Shown: positions 17,384-25,376, counted from the stretch's first letter. The stretch is 43,267 nucleotides of DNA from Planctomycetota bacterium (GCA_023135935.1 JAGLSU010000089.1:1-43267); one strand, 5' to 3'. Notes: generated from the letters alone by a model not told the origin. Program-made: numbers and translations.

Positions 17384-17442
17384 CCACTTTATCCACTTTC
17401 AGAAAAGTAATCACCGCACCATTTTAACGATTGCCTATTTGC

Positions 17443-17793
17443 TTATTGGCTTTGCTCTATTATAAACTCTGCTCTACACTTCGGGCATACCCCTGTGTCA
17501 CCTATCATTTCTCGTGTAGCCCCTTTTAGCGGGCGTCCGCACTCTGGACAATTTACATGTAGTTTTTTGCTCAGATGTATTTCTTTGGTCAGAACAGCTG
17601 CAATTCGCTTGAATCTCTTTATTTTTCCCAGTCTTTTACCGAACTTGTAAATCATTGAACCTATCAACGCACCAATAATTCCCCCTCCAAATGCTCCCGT
17701 ATTACAGAAAAACGATTCCAACCTTTCCTCTTTTTCAGAGTTGATGGAGTTGTTTGCTGGCGTGCTTCCTTCTTTTATTTTTTCTTCTGCCAT
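17443..17793 (-). CDS. small membrane protein with glycine-zipper TM and C-terminal CxxC...CxxC zinc ribbon
   Basis: 116 aa containing GAFGGGIIGALIGSMI, followed by CPECGRPLKG...CPKCRAEF. No family assigned. Confidence 0.55.
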   Translation of the reverse strand: MAEEKIKEGSTPANNSINSEKEERLESFFCNTGAFGGGIIGALIGSMIYKFGKRLGKIKRFKRIAAVLTKEIHLSKKLHVNCPECGRPLKGATREMIGDTGVCPKCRAEFIIEQSQ

Positions 17794-17823
17794 ATTTCCC
17801 TCAATTTCTCATCGCCTATTAAA

Positions 17824-18159
17824 TTATTCCTTCAAAAGATACCTTGCTAGCTGGGCGGCGAACGGCTTGAGCACGGCTCCAATAAAGAATGTAGCGATAA
17901 AACTACAAACACCAACTTTCCAACCCAAAAATCCAAAGTATAGAGCAATAAGCAAAAGCCAGATAGCACCTAAAAAACACTCAAGTTGTTTCCTTGACCG
18001 GCCACGTAGATAGGTATTAAACATAACAAGAAAAGTATTTAACACAAGGCATATACTTAAAGACCAAATCGTTCTGATAAAAACGAGAACGATTAGGCAT
18101 ATCAACAATAAAAACCAAGGTAGCAAAGTAATGACAGTTTTGATTTCCCCTTTTTCCAT
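17824..18159 (-). CDS. small polytopic membrane protein
   Basis: 111 aa with 3-4 hydrophobic helices. It lies upstream of and co-directional with the zinc-ribbon protein. Confidence 0.5.
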   Translation of the reverse strand: MEKGEIKTVITLLPWFLLLICLIVLVFIRTIWSLSICLVLNTFLVMFNTYLRGRSRKQLECFLGAIWLLLIALYFGFLGWKVGVCSFIATFFIGAVLKPFAAQLARYLLKE

Positions 18160-18292
18160 AGCCCCAATAGTGTACCTACAGGCGACTTAAAAGGCAATGA
18201 TTGACTCTATTTTTCCTTGATTATCCAACCAAGGCGATATACAATCTTGGCAACTCAATTGGGGATTAAACAAAAAAGGGGGTATCATAAAT

Positions 18293-18835
18293 ATGGCAAA
18301 GTCGTCTGAAATTATTCCAGTCGAACGTATCCAAAACTGCATTTTACTAATCCGCAGCCAGAAGGTTATTTTAGACAGAGATTTGGCTGTCCTTTACGGT
18401 GTTGAAACAAAAGCACTTAATCAAGCTGTAAAACGTAACACTAAGCGATTTCCACCGGATTTTACGTTCCAGCTGACAAAAGCCGAGAAAGAACAACTGG
18501 TAACAAATTGTGACCGGTTCGCACTACTTAAACATTCAACTTCTATGCCCCATGCTTTCACAGAACAAGGCGTAGCCATGCTCTCAAGCGTACTTAAAAG
18601 CGAGAGAGCAATTAATGTAAACATCGCAATCATGCGCACTTTTGTAAAACTCAGAAATATCCTCAAGGACAATACTGCATTAAGAAGAAAACTCGAAAAA
18701 CACGATGAGCAGATTAAATACATTTTCAACCTGCTTGCCAAAATGTTACCCGAACCCGAAAAACCAAAACAGCCATTCGGATTCCATAGCAAAAAGTCAA
18801 AACAGAAGACCACCACCAAAACCAGAACATATTAA
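18293..18835 (+). CDS. ORF6N (KilA-N-related) domain DNA-binding protein
   Basis: The stretch ILLIRSQKVILDRDLAVLYGVETKALNQAVKRNTKRFPPDFTFQLT...AFTEQGVAMLSSVLKSERAI matches the ORF6N domain signature from memory. The C-terminal tail is basic. Confidence 0.8.
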   Translation: MAKSSEIIPVERIQNCILLIRSQKVILDRDLAVLYGVETKALNQAVKRNTKRFPPDFTFQLTKAEKEQLVTNCDRFALLKHSTSMPHAFTEQGVAMLSSVLKSERAINVNIAIMRTFVKLRNILKDNTALRRKLEKHDEQIKYIFNLLAKMLPEPEKPKQPFGFHSKKSKQKTTTKTRTY

Positions 18836-18941
18836 CAAAATACGATACACGAATTGTTTTTTGGTCTGCTCAAATAAATTTTAGCCCCGCCGTAGGCGGA
18901 CTCCTACAACGCAATACGCCATACTATATACGCGATACGAA

Positions 18942-19541
18942 TCACGGTTTGATAATTTTTTGTTGTTTGAATACTTTACCAGCCAGATAATCGGTGAAGG
19001 TCACTTTTACTACCAACTCCTCCTCCTCATCGGTGATTTTCCCGCCCACGTCGAACACCAATCTATAATTAATCGTCACCAGCGTCGCGAACCATCTCTT
19101 CTTCAATTCTTCCGGCCCCACCTGCCATTTGCCTAACATCGCCTCGCCGTTTCTGTTTAAATCCCAAAGCTCAACGTCCACCGTCCCGCTTGCCTTTACG
19201 ATGTCATCTTCCTCATCGACCGGCTGTAGATAAACAATCAACTTTTCCTTCTTACCATCCTTATCTTTATCATAAAGATTGGTGTACTTGGTAAGCTTGA
19301 CTTTTTGCAGGTCATAAAGATTCGCAAGCCGAACCTCAGAACTCAAACCAGCCAGAACTTCCGCCTGCTCTTTTAATTTTTCTTTTTCTATCTCGGATTG
19401 CTCAATTTGATTTGCTAACTGCTTCTTTTCCTGCTTGAGAGTATTGATTTTTTCTAAAAGCCGAACTTCGCGGGCCGCCTCATCACAACCCGCAGCCAGG
19501 CAAAGCAAAAATCCCAAAAGAATAATGGTTACTACTCGCAC
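18942..19541 (-). CDS. coiled-coil lipoprotein of unknown function
   Basis: GTG start. It has a signal peptide with lipobox (LCLAAGC), a coiled-coil and then a beta-rich domain. It is the last gene after clpP-clpP. Confidence 0.65.
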   Translation of the reverse strand: MRVVTIILLGFLLCLAAGCDEAAREVRLLEKINTLKQEKKQLANQIEQSEIEKEKLKEQAEVLAGLSSEVRLANLYDLQKVKLTKYTNLYDKDKDGKKEKLIVYLQPVDEEDDIVKASGTVDVELWDLNRNGEAMLGKWQVGPEELKKRWFATLVTINYRLVFDVGGKITDEEEELVVKVTFTDYLAGKVFKQQKIIKP

Positions 19542-19565
19542 TTTGACAACCTCTCAATCAAAACT

Positions 19566-20198
19566 TTAACTGTCCTTCTCTTTGGTTTTGACTATCTCCG
19601 GTGCCTTTTGCAATATTCTGTCGACCAACCCGTACTTTATCGCCTCATCAGCTTCGAGCCATAAATTTCGGTCGCAGTCCTTCTCTATCTTGTCGGCCTT
19701 TTGTCCTGTGTGGCTGGCGAGTATCTTATAAAGTCGAGCTCTAAGCCGCAATATCTCCTGTGCCTCGATATCCAAATCGGTAGCCGTGCCTTCGAGTATT
19801 CCCGATATCAACGGCTGATGCAAAAGTATTCTGCTGTTGGATAAAAGAAAACGCTTCTCACTCTTTCCGCCTGCCAGCAGCACAGCACCCATGCTTGCCG
19901 CCTGACCAACGCAATATGTCGCGACATCACAACGCAAAAACTGCATCGTATCATAAATAGCCAACCCCGCGGTAATGGAACCACCGGGTGAATTGATATA
20001 AAAATGAATATCGCTCTTACTGTCTTCGTTACTCAGAAATAACATCTGGGCGATAATTAAATTGGCCGCCGTGTCATCAACCACACCGCCAAGAAAAATT
20101 ATCCTGTCCTTCAGAAGCCGGGAGAAAATATCATAAGCGCGTTCGGTGCGGCCGCTTTTCTCTATCACTATCGGTACTAAAGTTTGATTTACTGCCAT
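19566..20198 (-). CDS. clpP: ATP-dependent Clp protease proteolytic subunit
   Basis: The Ser-His-Asp context is intact ([21 protein letters not shown]). A GAGGA-type RBS is present. Confidence 0.93.
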   Translation of the reverse strand: MAVNQTLVPIVIEKSGRTERAYDIFSRLLKDRIIFLGGVVDDTAANLIIAQMLFLSNEDSKSDIHFYINSPGGSITAGLAIYDTMQFLRCDVATYCVGQAASMGAVLLAGGKSEKRFLLSNSRILLHQPLISGILEGTATDLDIEAQEILRLRARLYKILASHTGQKADKIEKDCDRNLWLEADEAIKYGLVDRILQKAPEIVKTKEKDS

Positions 20199-20232
20199 AT
20201 CCCTTTTTCCTCTACTTATTTAAGCTGCGAAT

Positions 20233-20868
20233 TTACTTTGATTTTACTTTTTCCTCTTCTTCGTGCAGAACATCATCAATCAGACCATACTTCTTCGCCT
20301 CGTCAGCCGACATATATCTGTCCCTCTCGGTCTCTGCCGCAATCTTTTCCACCGTTTGACCGGTCTCTTTGGCGAGAATCTCGTTTATCATTGTCTTGGA
20401 TTTCAAAATCTCTTCCGCCTGAATCTTAATGTCAGCTGCCTGACCCGTAATTCCGCCCCAGGGCTGATGAAGCATTATCTTCGCGTGCGGAAGGGCGTGA
20501 CGCTTACCCTTTGTCCCTGCCGCCAACACTATCGCGCCGCCCGACTGGGCTCTGCCTATACAAAACGTCGCTATCGGCGAACTGATAAACTGCATCGTAT
20601 CATAAATAGCCATCGTATCATCGACACTGCCGCCCGGTGAATTAATATACAAGCTGATTTCACTGGCACGCTTCAAATTGTCAAGATAAAGCATCTTCAT
20701 AATCACTTCCGCTGCCCTTTGGTAGGATATTTCACCTATCAAAAACACAATCCGGTTCTCAAGCAGCATGTCATCCAGACTCATTTGACGGTTAAGCTGA
20801 TACTGCCCATGCTGGTTGTATATATCCATCGGTTTCTCTATTCTGTTTCCGGGATGTTCGATTAACAT
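20233..20868 (-). CDS. clpP: ATP-dependent Clp protease proteolytic subunit, second paralog
   Basis: The triad context is retained (GRAQSGGA, MLHQP, ETERDRYM). AAGGAAG lies 7 nt upstream of the ATG. Confidence 0.9.
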   Translation of the reverse strand: MLIEHPGNRIEKPMDIYNQHGQYQLNRQMSLDDMLLENRIVFLIGEISYQRAAEVIMKMLYLDNLKRASEISLYINSPGGSVDDTMAIYDTMQFISSPIATFCIGRAQSGGAIVLAAGTKGKRHALPHAKIMLHQPWGGITGQAADIKIQAEEILKSKTMINEILAKETGQTVEKIAAETERDRYMSADEAKKYGLIDDVLHEEEEKVKSK

Positions 20869-20990
20869 TTATACTTCCTTTACAAAATTAATACCTTCTT
20901 CTTCCTTTTTCTTTTGTCCGCCGTGTTCAACCAACATTCATCCTTGTCATGAAACCAATCCCTTTTCGTTCCACCTTTACTCGCTGATTC

Positions 20991-21210
20991 TATATATCCG
21001 TCGGCCTCATTATTTCTTTGCTGGGCCGCCCGGTCAACATCTATCCTTTTTACCGAGCCAATCCCTTATACTCCACAATACTTTTTAATCGGACATTTTC
21101 GTATATATCCGTCGGCCTCATTATTTCTTTGCTGGGCCGCCCGGTCAACATCTATCCTTTTTACCGAGCCAATCCCTTATACTCCACAATACTTTTTAAT
21201 CGGACATTTT
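20991..21210. repeat. perfect tandem direct repeat, 2 x 109 bp with a 111-bp period
   Basis: 20991-21099 is identical to 21102-21210 by manual alignment. The second copy abuts and overlaps the tig stop codon (21210-21212) by 1 nt. Confidence 0.9.
21009..21037 (-). promoter_or_regulatory. sigma70-like promoter inside repeat copy 1 (duplicate at 21120-21148)
   Basis: The minus strand reads TTGACC-17 nt-AATAAT and points toward clpP. Sequence match only. Confidence 0.3.
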
Positions 21211-22700
21211 TACTTACTTGTTTTCTTTTTAGTCCCTGTTTTTGCCTTTTTTGACACCTTTTTAACCGTAGAAGCACCTTTTTTCACCCCGGATGTTCCT
21301 TTTTTGACCGTCTTTTTACCTGTTTTTACCGCTTTTTTTGTACTTTTTACCGGCTTTACCTTCGTTTTTGACGCGGTTTCCTTGATTTTTGCCGATTCCA
21401 ACAACTTAGAAATGCATTTTTCATCCCTAACCTGCAATCCAAATTGTGCCAACGAACCGTCACGTGCCATCTCTTCTCTCATTCTTTCCGGACGCTGACC
21501 ACGCTGGATAGCTATCTGGGCGATATTACCGTTGATTTCTTCTTCGCTGACCTCAATGCCAAGCTTTTCGGCGACTTTATCCATTATAAAGAATATTTTA
21601 AGTTGTTCTTTGGCTTGTCCTTCACTGCTGGCTTGCAGTTTTTCTTTTTGCTCTTCTATCTGCTCATTGCTCAATCCCTGCCTCAACAGATTGCCGTATT
21701 GTCTTTGCAGCAGCATTATCGAATGTTCCCCAACAACATCCAAAGGCAGGTCAAATTTGGTGTTATCCGACAGATACTTGTAAATCTGTTCAGCCATTTC
21801 TGTTCGCACCTGCTGTTCCAATTTGCCTTGCAGCATGTCCTGCATTTTTTCCCGCAGTTCCTTTTCATCTTCAACCCCGAACCTCTTGAAGAAATCTTCA
21901 TTTAGTTCAGCCGGTTTTAGGCACTTGATGTCTCTGACTGTGATTTGGATATCCACTTTTTTACCGCGGTATTCTTCCCTGAAATATGTTTTCGGAACTT
22001 CGACGCTGGCTTTCTTGGCATCGCCCGTTTTGGCACCGACTAAAAGTTCATCGAGCTTTTCTACCGGAATCGAACCCACAAAACCGTTCGGCCTCACATA
22101 TATCTCGGTGTTGTCGAGTTTTTCTTCTTCATCGACACCTTCGATTTTCAAAATCGCGTCAGCTATTATCTGGTCATCGACTTCAACTTTACCGCCTTCG
22201 CGAGGTGCCCACATGCCCGAATACCGTTGTAGCTGCTCAATTTCTTTATCTATTTGCTCATCCTTGACTTCCAGTTTTGCTTTGTTTACCGCGATACCTT
22301 CCAATGTCGGCAGTTCGAATTCCGGCCGTACCTCAATTTCAAACTCAAATTGCAGCGGGCCGCTTTCCGGTAACTCTATCTTTTCGTAATCAATATCCGG
22401 GTCGCGAAGTGAATCCAGCTCATTATCTTTGATAGCTGCTTCGCCTGCTGTGGCTAACAGTTTTAATTTCACTTGCTCGGAAGTCTCTTTGCCGAATCTT
22501 CTTTCCAGAAGTCTCCGTGGCGCTCGACCTTTTCTAAAACCGGGTACTACCGTTTCTTTGCGCAAGCTGTTGTATTGTTCATCCAGAGCGGTCTTCACTG
22601 TCTCGGCTGGTATTTCTATAGTGACCTTTTTCTTGCAAGGCCCGGCCTCTTTGATTTCAACCTTGTTCTTCAATTCCGTGGTTTGTTGTTCTTCACCCAT
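21210..22700 (-). CDS. tig: trigger factor with lysine-rich C-terminal tail
   Basis: Track ORF trimmed to Met28 (ATG 22700), which has GAGGAG 7 nt upstream. The protein shows the ribosome-binding N-domain (GFRKGRAP), a PPIase-like middle region and a C-domain. The last 54 residues contain 22 Lys. Confidence 0.9.
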   Translation of the reverse strand: MGEEQQTTELKNKVEIKEAGPCKKKVTIEIPAETVKTALDEQYNSLRKETVVPGFRKGRAPRRLLERRFGKETSEQVKLKLLATAGEAAIKDNELDSLRDPDIDYEKIELPESGPLQFEFEIEVRPEFELPTLEGIAVNKAKLEVKDEQIDKEIEQLQRYSGMWAPREGGKVEVDDQIIADAILKIEGVDEEEKLDNTEIYVRPNGFVGSIPVEKLDELLVGAKTGDAKKASVEVPKTYFREEYRGKKVDIQITVRDIKCLKPAELNEDFFKRFGVEDEKELREKMQDMLQGKLEQQVRTEMAEQIYKYLSDNTKFDLPLDVVGEHSIMLLQRQYGNLLRQGLSNEQIEEQKEKLQASSEGQAKEQLKIFFIMDKVAEKLGIEVSEEEINGNIAQIAIQRGQRPERMREEMARDGSLAQFGLQVRDEKCISKLLESAKIKETASKTKVKPVKSTKKAVKTGKKTVKKGTSGVKKGASTVKKVSKKAKTGTKKKTSK

Positions 22701-22917
22701 TTTGGTACTCCTCAATATTTTTGTTTCTTTAGGTGCGACGTAATAAACAAAAATGGCATTGGGACAATTGCCCTCAGCCAAATCTCAACTTTCTGCAATC
22801 CGGCATAAGCCGGAGCTAAACATATCGGCGACCAACGCCACGACTACCATCTAGCCGGTAACTCACCGATACTATATCCCTTATAATCCGTTATAATACT
22901 AAAAAACTTCCTGACAA

Positions 22918-22989
22918 AGCGGGTGATGAGATTCGAACTCACGACAGTCACGTTGGCAACGTGACGCTCTACCACTGAGCTACACCCGC
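22918..22989 (-). tRNA. tRNA-Gly (anticodon GCC)
   Basis: A 72-nt cloverleaf on the minus strand. Acceptor gcgggtg/cacccgc, anticodon stem tcacg/cgtga with loop tTGCCaa, T loop ttcgaat. Confidence 0.9.
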
Positions 22990-23072
22990 ATATTACAACT
23001 TGAATTATATAGATTTTTACGATTTCTGCAAACCGTTTTTTTCGCAAAAATCCTACCCCTTTCAATGGGATT

Positions 23073-23095
23073 GCTAACCGGAGCAGGAGGGATTC
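23073..23095. repeat. 23-bp direct copy of the tRNA-Ser 3' end plus 6 flanking nt (att-like scar)
   Basis: gctaaccggagcaggagggattc at 23073-23095 is identical to 23200-23222. The latter covers the last 17 nt of tRNA-Ser plus 6 nt downstream. Confidence 0.7.
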
Positions 23096-23205
23096 ACTGC
23101 GTGGCAAGCCTTCGGCTTGTCTCTCTGTGGCGCCTTTAGCGTCAAACCCCCGTAGCGACGCTACGCGTCGCGGGTGTTCTCATCCCTCTTACCAAGTAAG
23201 CTAAC

Positions 23206-23290
23206 CGGAGCAGGAGGGATTCGAACCCCCGGTACCTTACGGCACAACGGTTTTCAAGACCGTCGCGATCAACCACTCTGCCACTGCTCC
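23206..23290 (-). tRNA. tRNA-Ser (anticodon UGA)
   Basis: 85 nt on the minus strand. Acceptor ggagcag/ctgctcc, anticodon stem acggt/accgt with loop cTTGAaa, a long variable arm (tgtgccgtaaggtac) and T loop ttcgaat. Confidence 0.88.
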
Positions 23291-23420
23291 AACGTTTTTT
23301 GTGTGTTCCTTCTTATAATCGGGCTAAAAAGCCATTTACGACCAGATTTTTAACTATTTTATAATCAAACGGTCATTTTGCAAGAGTATTTACGGCCCGG
23401 GTATTGATGAGCCGATATGT

Positions 23421-24155
23421 ATGATAGATGTTCCGGGTGGCAACAAAGTCTATTATTATCACTTTGATGGCCTTGGTAGTGTTATAGCTCTTTCAGATGT
23501 TAATAGTGAAATTGTTGAGCGGTATTCCTACGATATTTTTGGCGAGCCGAACCGGACTTCCGACGTGAACAATCCTTATCTGTTTACCGGCAGAAGATAT
23601 GACGGTGAAGCCGGCCTGTATTATTACCGTGCCCGCCACTACGACCCCAATATAGGCAGGTTCCTCCAGACCGACCCGATTGGCTACGATGATGGGATGA
23701 ATATTTACGCTTATGTTGGCAATAACTCGATTAACTATATTGACCCTTATGGGTTAGAAGTATACATGTTTAAACGGGGCTTGCAAGCCCTTGGTGATTC
23801 AAGTGCGAGGCATTGGGTGGATCCATTTGGCCATGAGATGTTAGCAATTGTTAACGATGGAAAAATAGAGGCTGTTTATAGCTGGGGTGTAGAATACGAA
23901 AATGGCAAAGGAGTATGGTCAGAAAACGCAAGTGTAGACAGAGATGCAATAGAACAGGCGATAAAAAAAGGATGGGGAAAACGTCTTGGAGATTCAAGCC
24001 ATGACGACTATCTTAGGCTAGCGTTTGAGCAGAGAAAAGATAAGGATAAACATCCTTGGCTATTGCAGGATAATTGCCAGGCAGAATCACAGGATTTATG
24101 GAAGCTAACTCAAAAGCTTTATGATAATCGTAAAAATGGAAAATGCAGCAAGTGA
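23421..24155 (+). CDS. orphan 5'-truncated RHS-repeat core tip with unassigned C-terminal polymorphic toxin domain
   Basis: YYYHFDGLGSV...NPYLFTGRRYDGEAGLYYYRARHYDPNIGRFLQTDPIGYDDGMNIYAYVGNNSINYIDPYGL is the canonical RHS core end. RHS-like sequence (YGPGIDEPIC) continues 10 codons upstream of the ATG, back to 23391, and there is no RHS body. About 130 aa of toxin tip follow the DPYGL motif. Confidence 0.8.
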   Translation: MIDVPGGNKVYYYHFDGLGSVIALSDVNSEIVERYSYDIFGEPNRTSDVNNPYLFTGRRYDGEAGLYYYRARHYDPNIGRFLQTDPIGYDDGMNIYAYVGNNSINYIDPYGLEVYMFKRGLQALGDSSARHWVDPFGHEMLAIVNDGKIEAVYSWGVEYENGKGVWSENASVDRDAIEQAIKKGWGKRLGDSSHDDYLRLAFEQRKDKDKHPWLLQDNCQAESQDLWKLTQKLYDNRKNGKCSK

Positions 24156-24175
24156 ACTGGTTTAGGGAGATATTT

Positions 24176-24703
24176 ATGTTTAAAAAATTTATTTTGCTAA
24201 TTTCATTATGTTCATTGATGTCTGGCTGCGGGCATATTCCTGTCGGCAAAAAATATATAAAGGGTGATTTATCCTTTAATGGTCGGTACAGAGAAATATT
24301 ATCCAAAGAGACTTCTTTTGATGAATTCATGCTTGGTAGCTATAGGTCTTTTGATAAACAATATGTACGTGGCAGGTCGGTGAAAATACCCGAGGTATAT
24401 CTTGAAACTCAAGATGGCACCTTGTTCTATTTACCTAAAATCACTGTCGAATATGTAAAATCTAATTGGAAAAAGCAACCTTGTGCTGATAAGGAATGCT
24501 TGAAATATAAAAACTTTGACGTTTTATATGGTGCAACGGCTGAAATATGTCAAGACCACTTAGTATTTTTTCATTATCCTTGGAATCTCAAAGCTATGTG
24601 GGATAAAGACAAAACTCATCGTCATTCTTTCCCGTTGAATTATGATGACCTTATAGCACTTTTTGGTGAACCGGATGATGTTTACGAACTTTACGGTGAG
24701 TAA
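24176..24703 (+). CDS. lipoprotein, candidate immunity protein (paralog 1)
   Basis: Track ORF trimmed to the ATG at 24176, with GGGAGA 6 nt upstream. It has a signal peptide and lipobox (LMSGC). It is clearly paralogous to the next ORF (FDEFMLGSY / FDRFTIGSY; PEVYLETQDGTLFYLP / PQVYLELKDGSKLYLP; DDLIALFGEPD / KDLLELFGTPD). Confidence 0.65.
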   Translation: MFKKFILLISLCSLMSGCGHIPVGKKYIKGDLSFNGRYREILSKETSFDEFMLGSYRSFDKQYVRGRSVKIPEVYLETQDGTLFYLPKITVEYVKSNWKKQPCADKECLKYKNFDVLYGATAEICQDHLVFFHYPWNLKAMWDKDKTHRHSFPLNYDDLIALFGEPDDVYELYGE

Positions 24704-24719
24704 TACAAAGGATTGAATC

Positions 24720-25253
24720 ATGATAAAGATATTTTTATGTGTTGCCCTTTTGTCTATAACAATATTGAGTGGGTGTAATGGACTTATTTGGGGACAGTCT
24801 TATCAAAAAGAAAATATTGTATTTACTGGTTCATATAGCGGATGGATCAAACAATTTGATAAAGAAAAAGCAGAATTTGATCGATTTACAATAGGATCCT
24901 ACCCCAATTTTAAAAGAACAAGTCAAGTGGTTTTTCCACAGGTATACCTTGAGTTGAAAGATGGTAGCAAATTATATTTGCCGAGTTTAAATTTAGAAAA
25001 TATGAAAGACAGATATGTTATAGACCATAATTATGGAGATGCTTCGGTTTTGGTATACAAAGGCGAGGGGGTTTTAGAAGGCTCTCATATTTATATTTAC
25101 CAGAAGCAAATAACCTGTTTTACATCACCTTCGGATTATGTAGCTATTTGGGATAAGCAATTAAGGCATGAATACCCTAATCCCTTGAGCTATAAGGATC
25201 TTTTAGAATTATTTGGCACTCCCGATAAGGTTGATGCGTATTTTCTAAAATAA
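24720..25253 (+). CDS. lipoprotein, candidate immunity protein (paralog 2)
   Basis: Signal peptide plus lipobox (ILSGC). Tandem paralog of 24176..24703. Confidence 0.65.
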   Translation: MIKIFLCVALLSITILSGCNGLIWGQSYQKENIVFTGSYSGWIKQFDKEKAEFDRFTIGSYPNFKRTSQVVFPQVYLELKDGSKLYLPSLNLENMKDRYVIDHNYGDASVLVYKGEGVLEGSHIYIYQKQITCFTSPSDYVAIWDKQLRHEYPNPLSYKDLLELFGTPDKVDAYFLK

Positions 25254-25376
25254 ATTTCCAGTAAGATAAAGTGCAAATAGTGATTTAGAGTATATATATT
25301 GTTAGTGTTGGTGGTCGAGTTATGATTAGTTCTTATTAACACCTAACTTGTTTCAATTTAAAGGAGTTGCTAGAAT

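Noticed and set aside
17153-17465. ORFs 17153..17371 (-) and 17172..17465 (+).
   Set aside because: They run through the REP-like repeat patch. Their translations (…SSRPKRSAVEK…, …VIPSPLSFRTCCGIH…) are the typical spurious products of such repeats, and neither has an RBS.
19566-20868. Idea that one clpP paralog is a catalytically dead pseudo-protease.
   Set aside because: Both keep the Ser (AASMG / AQSGG), His (HQP) and Asp (DRN / DRY) contexts on by-eye alignment.
20991-21210. Possibility that the 111-bp repeats, or the 24-bp x3 repeats at 40089-40160, form a CRISPR array.
   Set aside because: The repeats are directly adjacent with no unique spacers. There are only 2-3 units, the unit lengths are wrong, and no cas genes are present.
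21018-21254. 78-aa ORF with an internally duplicated peptide (LGRPVNIYPFYRANPLYSTILFNRTF x2).
   Set aside because: The duplication is just the translation of the 111-bp tandem DNA repeat. The ORF lies on the strand opposite to all neighbouring genes and overlaps the tig stop.
21304-22808. Many plus-strand ORFs antisense to tig (21304..21498 through 22473..22808).
   Set aside because: They are antisense to a lysine/glutamate-rich gene, which yields long Phe/Leu/Ser-rich shadow ORFs. Trigger factor identity on the minus strand is clear.
22844-23107. 87-aa minus-strand ORF 22844..23107.
   Set aside because: It reads straight through tRNA-Gly(GCC) and the att-like repeat, so it is not coding.
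24013-24330. 105-aa minus-strand ORF across the RHS toxin / immunity junction.
   Set aside because: It lies antisense to two well-supported plus-strand genes in A+T-rich DNA and has no RBS.
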